In this document: positions 60,623 to 64,000 of the stretch, piece by piece | Layout of the letters: each line of letters opens with the position of its first letter | How positions within the stretch are numbered: position 1 is the first letter of the stretch | Origin: Phycisphaerae bacterium | GTDB taxonomy: Bacteria > Planctomycetota > Phycisphaerae > UBA1845 > PWPN01 | DNA: 64,000 bases | Assembly: GCA_016928855.1 (NCBI GenBank) | Contig: JAFGKA010000396.1 | Coordinates: 4,044 to 68,043 of the forward strand | Reading direction: 5' to 3' | The notes under the pieces: generated by a model | Seen by the model: only the letters and a program-made list of their open reading frames with translations | The model's database searches: none | What the model was told of the DNA's origin: nothing | Translations under genes and position numbers: made by a program

Positions 60623-61786
60623 ATGCGACAATCAACTTGGCCCGTCGGTGTCTTCGCGGTCGTGCTCCTTTTCGGTGCCGCGGTGACGGGGCCGGGGACA
60701 GGCGCTCACATAGCCCAAGCGGCGTTATGGTCGTCCGACTTCGACGACGACGACGACGTTGATTTGGCAGACTTCGCTGCCTTTGCGGCATGCTTCAACG
60801 GCCCGAATCGGCCGCCGGCCGCTGCCTGCGAAGGTGATGCCGATCTCGACGGCGACGGCGACGTGGACTTGGCGGACTTCGCTATCTTCGCGGCATGCTT
60901 CAACGGCCCGAACCGGCCGCCGGTGTGCGCGCCGGACATCCCGCCGGGCATGGTCCGGATTCCCGCCGGCGAGTTCGAGATGGGCGATTCATTCAACGAA
61001 GGCCACAACGACGGGCGGGAACTGCCCGTGCATGCGGTCTGGGTAGACGCATTCTACATGGACGAGTTTCCCGTGGCCCAAGAACGCTGGGATGCGGTGA
61101 GGGCATGGGCGACGTCGAACGGATACGACCTCGATGATGTGGGTGCCGGCAAGGCTATCGATCATCCCATACAGACGGTGAATTGGCACGACTGCGCGAA
61201 GTGGTGCAACGCCCGCTCGCAGAAGGAAGGCCGAACGGCGTGCTACTACACGGATGCTGAGTTGACGACGGTTTACACGACGGACGAGCTAGTGCCGTTT
61301 GTGAAATGGGATGCCGATGGCTACCGGCTGCCGACAGAGGCCGAGTGGGAAAAAGCGGCGCGAGGCGGCGCGACCGGGCGCCGGTTTCCCTGGCCGGACA
61401 GCGATGACATCCAGCATGCCCGGGCGAACTATTTCAGTTCCACGAATTACTCGTACGACACGAGCCCGACGCGCGGGTTTCACCCCATATTTGCCGTGGA
61501 CGCTCATCCCTACACCAGCCCGGTGGGCTATTCCGCGCCGAACGGCTACGGCCTGTATGACATGGCCGGCAACGTGTGGGAATGGTGCAACGACTGGTTC
61601 GGTAGTGACTATTACGGCAGCAGCCCCTCCAGCAACCCGCGCGGACCAGCGGATGGTGAGTACCGTGTTATTCGCGGTGGCTGCTGGGGCGACCTGGCCT
61701 ATTTCTGCCGGGTCGCGTATCGTCACAGCTTCTGGCCTGGCAACCGCGACTTCATCCTCGGGTTCCGTTGTGTCGTCAAAAAGTGA
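60623..61786 (+). CDS. Secreted FGE/SUMF1-family (FGE-sulfatase domain) protein with two N-terminal dockerin/EF-hand-like repeats
   Basis: Signal peptide, then DDDDDVDLADFAAFAACFNGPNRPP and DLDGDGDVDLADFAIFAACFNGPNRPP. The FGE-type core follows: MVRIPAGEFEMGD, LPVHAVWVDAFYMDEFPV, YRLPTEAEWEKAARGG, YGLYDMAGNVWEWCNDWF, RVIRGGCW. Confidence 0.85.
   Translation: MRQSTWPVGVFAVVLLFGAAVTGPGTGAHIAQAALWSSDFDDDDDVDLADFAAFAACFNGPNRPPAAACEGDADLDGDGDVDLADFAIFAACFNGPNRPPVCAPDIPPGMVRIPAGEFEMGDSFNEGHNDGRELPVHAVWVDAFYMDEFPVAQERWDAVRAWATSNGYDLDDVGAGKAIDHPIQTVNWHDCAKWCNARSQKEGRTACYYTDAELTTVYTTDELVPFVKWDADGYRLPTEAEWEKAARGGATGRRFPWPDSDDIQHARANYFSSTNYSYDTSPTRGFHPIFAVDAHPYTSPVGYSAPNGYGLYDMAGNVWEWCNDWFGSDYYGSSPSSNPRGPADGEYRVIRGGCWGDLAYFCRVAYRHSFWPGNRDFILGFRCVVKK
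60755..60923 (+). repeat. Direct repeat of a 64-nt unit (period 105 nt) encoding the dockerin-like motif
   Basis: 60755-60818 and 60860-60923 differ at 7 of 64 positions by my count. Confidence 0.85.
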
Positions 61787-61937
61787 CTCGTCGCCCCGGG
61801 CATCCCGGCGCGGCAGGTCGCCGTGCGGAGCGATGCCCGCCAACGGGAGTCGACGGTATTCGCAGCCGGCGGCTGCCTCTCGTCCGTGATCATCGCTTGT
61901 CGGGAGCCCCCTGACGGATCGCCTCGCGCAACGAGGG

Positions 61938-63305
61938 CTACCCTCGGGCTTCGGGCGTCGGGGCGGCCGCGAGCACCGGCGCCCGTCCGACGGAGTAGTA
62001 GGTAAACCCTTCGCGTTTCATCTGGTCGATCTGGTAAAGGTTGCGTCCGTCGAAGACAACGGGCGAGCGAAGCAGGGCCCTGACTTTGGCGAAGTCGGGC
62101 GTCTTGAACTCATCCCAGTCCGTGCTGATAATCAGCGCATCGGCGTTCCGGAGCGTCTCGTACATGCCGTCGGAGATCTCGAACTCACCAGGATGCTCGC
62201 GTTCGACATTCTCCGAAGCAACCGGATCGAACCCACGAGCTTTCGCCCCGGACTCACGGGCCCACGTCATCAGCGAAAGGGCCGGCGCCTCACGGATGTC
62301 GTCGGTGTGCGGCTTGAACGCCATGCCCCAGAAGGCAAGGGTCTTTCCGTTGAGGCCGCCCGCCACAGCAAAATGGCGCTCGATCTTCTCGTAAAAGGCC
62401 CGGCGTTGGCGCTGGTTGACATCGTGCACCGCCTGGGAAAGCGGCACGGCCACGCCCGATTGTTGGCCCATCATGATGCACGCCAGCGTGTCCTTAGGAA
62501 AGCACGACCCGCCGAAGCCCAGCCCCGGGTAGAGAAACTGGTTGCCGATCCGCTTGTCAGCGCACATGCCTTCCCGGACCCGGTTGATGTTGGCGCCGTA
62601 AGCCTCGCACAGATTGGCCATCTCGTTGATGAATGAGATCTTGGTCGCCAGGAAGTTGTTGCTGGCGTACTTGACCATTTCCGCCGAGGGAATGTCCATG
62701 ATGAAGATCGGGTGCCCCTGGCGCACAAAAGGCTCGTAGAGCTCGCGCATCAACTGGGCGGTGCGCTCGTCCTCGACGCCGACGACCACGCGGTCGGGCC
62801 TCATGAAGTCATTGACCGCCGCGCCTTCCTTCAGGAACTCCGGGTTGTCGGCGACGGCGAAGGGAATGCTCCCGACGATGGCCTGGATCCGCTCCTTGAC
62901 TTTCAGCGTTGTGCCGACGGGGACGGTCGATTTCACGACGACGATCCTCGGCTCCTGCCCCGGGCCGAGGGCCTTGATCATGTGCCCGATATCCTCTGCG
63001 GCGGACCAGACATATTTCATGTCCGTCTCGCCGCCGGCGCCCGTCGGCGTGCCGACGCAGATGAAGATCATCTGCGCCTGGCGGTATGCCTCCTGGGGAT
63101 TGGCCGTGAACGAGAGGCGGCCCGCCTCGACATTCTTCTCCAGCAACTCGGCCAGACCGGGCTCGTAGATCGGGCAACCGCCCTTCTTAAGCATGCCGAT
63201 CTTGCGCTGATCGACATCCAGGCACACCACGTCATTTCCGGTTGCCGAAAGACAAACGCCCGTCACGAGTCCGACATATCCCGTTCCCACTGTGGTCAGC
63301 TGCAT
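61938..63305 (-). CDS. ugd: UDP-glucose 6-dehydrogenase
   Basis: In-frame ATG at 63305 preceded by ggagaaagg. MQLTTVGTGYVGLVTGVCLS (GxGxxG), GFGGSCFPKD (catalytic Cys). Confidence 0.9.
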   Translation of the reverse strand: MQLTTVGTGYVGLVTGVCLSATGNDVVCLDVDQRKIGMLKKGGCPIYEPGLAELLEKNVEAGRLSFTANPQEAYRQAQMIFICVGTPTGAGGETDMKYVWSAAEDIGHMIKALGPGQEPRIVVVKSTVPVGTTLKVKERIQAIVGSIPFAVADNPEFLKEGAAVNDFMRPDRVVVGVEDERTAQLMRELYEPFVRQGHPIFIMDIPSAEMVKYASNNFLATKISFINEMANLCEAYGANINRVREGMCADKRIGNQFLYPGLGFGGSCFPKDTLACIMMGQQSGVAVPLSQAVHDVNQRQRRAFYEKIERHFAVAGGLNGKTLAFWGMAFKPHTDDIREAPALSLMTWARESGAKARGFDPVASENVEREHPGEFEISDGMYETLRNADALIISTDWDEFKTPDFAKVRALLRSPVVFDGRNLYQIDQMKREGFTYYSVGRAPVLAAAPTPEARG

Positions 63306-63358
63306 CACCTTTCTCCAGCCAGTCCGCCTGTCTTTGGCCACGGCGGAGCGTTGGCTCC

Positions 63359-64000
63359 TCAATAGTTGGGCGTCGGCGCCCGGTAGTGGCCCATGTTGAT
63401 CGACCGAAACCAGTCGATCGTTTCCTTCAGGCCTTCGCGGAGGGACACCTTCGGTTCCCAATCGAGGTGCTTCCGCGCCAGCGCGATGTCCGGTCGCCGC
63501 TGCCTGGGGTCATCCTGCGGCAACGGGCGGCTGATGATCCTCGACTTCGAGCCGGTGAGTTCGATAACCAGCTCGGCCAGCTCTCGAATCGTGAACTCCC
63601 CAGGGTTGCCGATGTTGATCGGGCCGATCAAGGTGTCCGGCGCGTTCATCGTCCGGATGATCGCCTCGACGAGGTCGTCGCGGTAGCAGAAGGATCGCGT
63701 CTGCGACCCGTCGCCGAAGACGGTAATGTCCTCCGCGCGAAGCGCCTGGCGGATGAAGTTGGAGACGGCCCGCCCGTCGAACGGATGCATCCGGGGCCCG
63801 TAGGTGTTGAAGATCCGCACAATCCGGACGTTGACCCGGTTGGCGCGGTGGTAGTCCATGAACAGCGTCTCGGCCGCCCGCTTGCCCTCGTCGTAGCAGG
63901 CTCGGGGGCCGAGTGTGTTCACGCTGCCCCTGTAGGACTCAGCCTGAGGGTGGACCTCGGGATCGCCGTACACCTCGCTGGTGGACGCCTGGAGGACCTT
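63359..64000 (-). CDS. UDP-glucuronate decarboxylase (UDP-xylose synthase), 5'-truncated by the window edge
   Basis: [63 protein letters not shown]. The reading frame stays open to position 64000. Confidence 0.9.
   Translation of the reverse strand, partial: KVLQASTSEVYGDPEVHPQAESYRGSVNTLGPRACYDEGKRAAETLFMDYHRANRVNVRIVRIFNTYGPRMHPFDGRAVSNFIRQALRAEDITVFGDGSQTRSFCYRDDLVEAIIRTMNAPDTLIGPINIGNPGEFTIRELAELVIELTGSKSRIISRPLPQDDPRQRRPDIALARKHLDWEPKVSLREGLKETIDWFRSINMGHYRAPTPNY

Noticed and set aside
59596-61786. Idea that the FGE-family enzyme converts the single Cys of the neighbouring PEP-CTERM protein to formylglycine
   Set aside because: The Cys context is FCVDLEQ, not the C-x-P-x-R FGE recognition motif. 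A strong terminator separates the two genes.

Overview
This high-GC bacterial chromosomal segment is essentially one large exopolysaccharide (EPS) / PEP-CTERM-exosortase locus. Most 60-nt lines I hand-counted are about 63-77% GC, with discrete islands at about 42-55%. No tools were run. Every family call below comes from motifs read in the supplied translations.

Gene order:
- 12-5124: an initiating phosphoglycosyl transferase with an unusual N-terminal fusion, then a dTDP-rhamnose operon (rmlC-A-B-D).
- 5.1-6.8 kb: a frameshifted IS1380-family element, followed by two unknown small genes.
- 7651-10292: exosortase, an EpsI-family partner and a WecB/TagA/CpsF glycosyltransferase.
- 10292-11743: an apparently intact IS630 element with a -1 frameshift heptamer, inserted in the CTAG of the upstream stop codon, next to an IS5-family transposase remnant.
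- 11.8-16.3 kb: a lower-GC four-gene cassette (FemAB-like / B12-radical SAM / Cys-rich unknown / FemAB-like).
- 16.8-42.5 kb: a long same-strand run of tailoring genes. These are a DegT aminotransferase, glycosyltransferases (GTs), a Wzx-like flippase, a methyltransferase, acetyltransferases, ACP + acyl-CoA ligase + AsnB-like amidotransferase + NadE-like PP-loop enzyme + polysaccharide deacetylase, two GT-C-like membrane paralogs and a Wzy/O-antigen-ligase-like protein.
- 42532-47886 (minus strand): a 1784-aa secreted mosaic protein with PKD domains, three ~100-aa Ig-like repeats, a CBM9-like domain and a low-GC C-terminal beta-helix.
- 48469 onward: a divergent S8 protease with a C-terminal frameshift, a 1454-aa PrsT-like TPR lipoprotein, a fused Wzz/BY-kinase-like protein and a convergent Wza-like export lipoprotein.
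- 59596-60354: a PEP-CTERM substrate protein with thioester-domain-like motifs, followed by a clean terminator.
- 60623-64000: a secreted FGE/SUMF1-family protein, then UDP-glucose dehydrogenase and a partial UDP-glucuronate decarboxylase on the minus strand.

I saw no rRNA, tRNA or CRISPR array. The dockerin-like repeats and the giant PKD/beta-helix protein hint weakly at a PVC/Planctomycetota-type genome; this is inference only.

Candidates most worth follow-up:
- the IS-flanked low-GC FemAB/rSAM/Cys-rich cassette
- the PEP-CTERM protein with Cys...Gln thioester-like motifs
- the double amidotransferase/ACP module
- the mosaic depolymerase-like giant protein and its decayed homologous fragment at 37.6 kb
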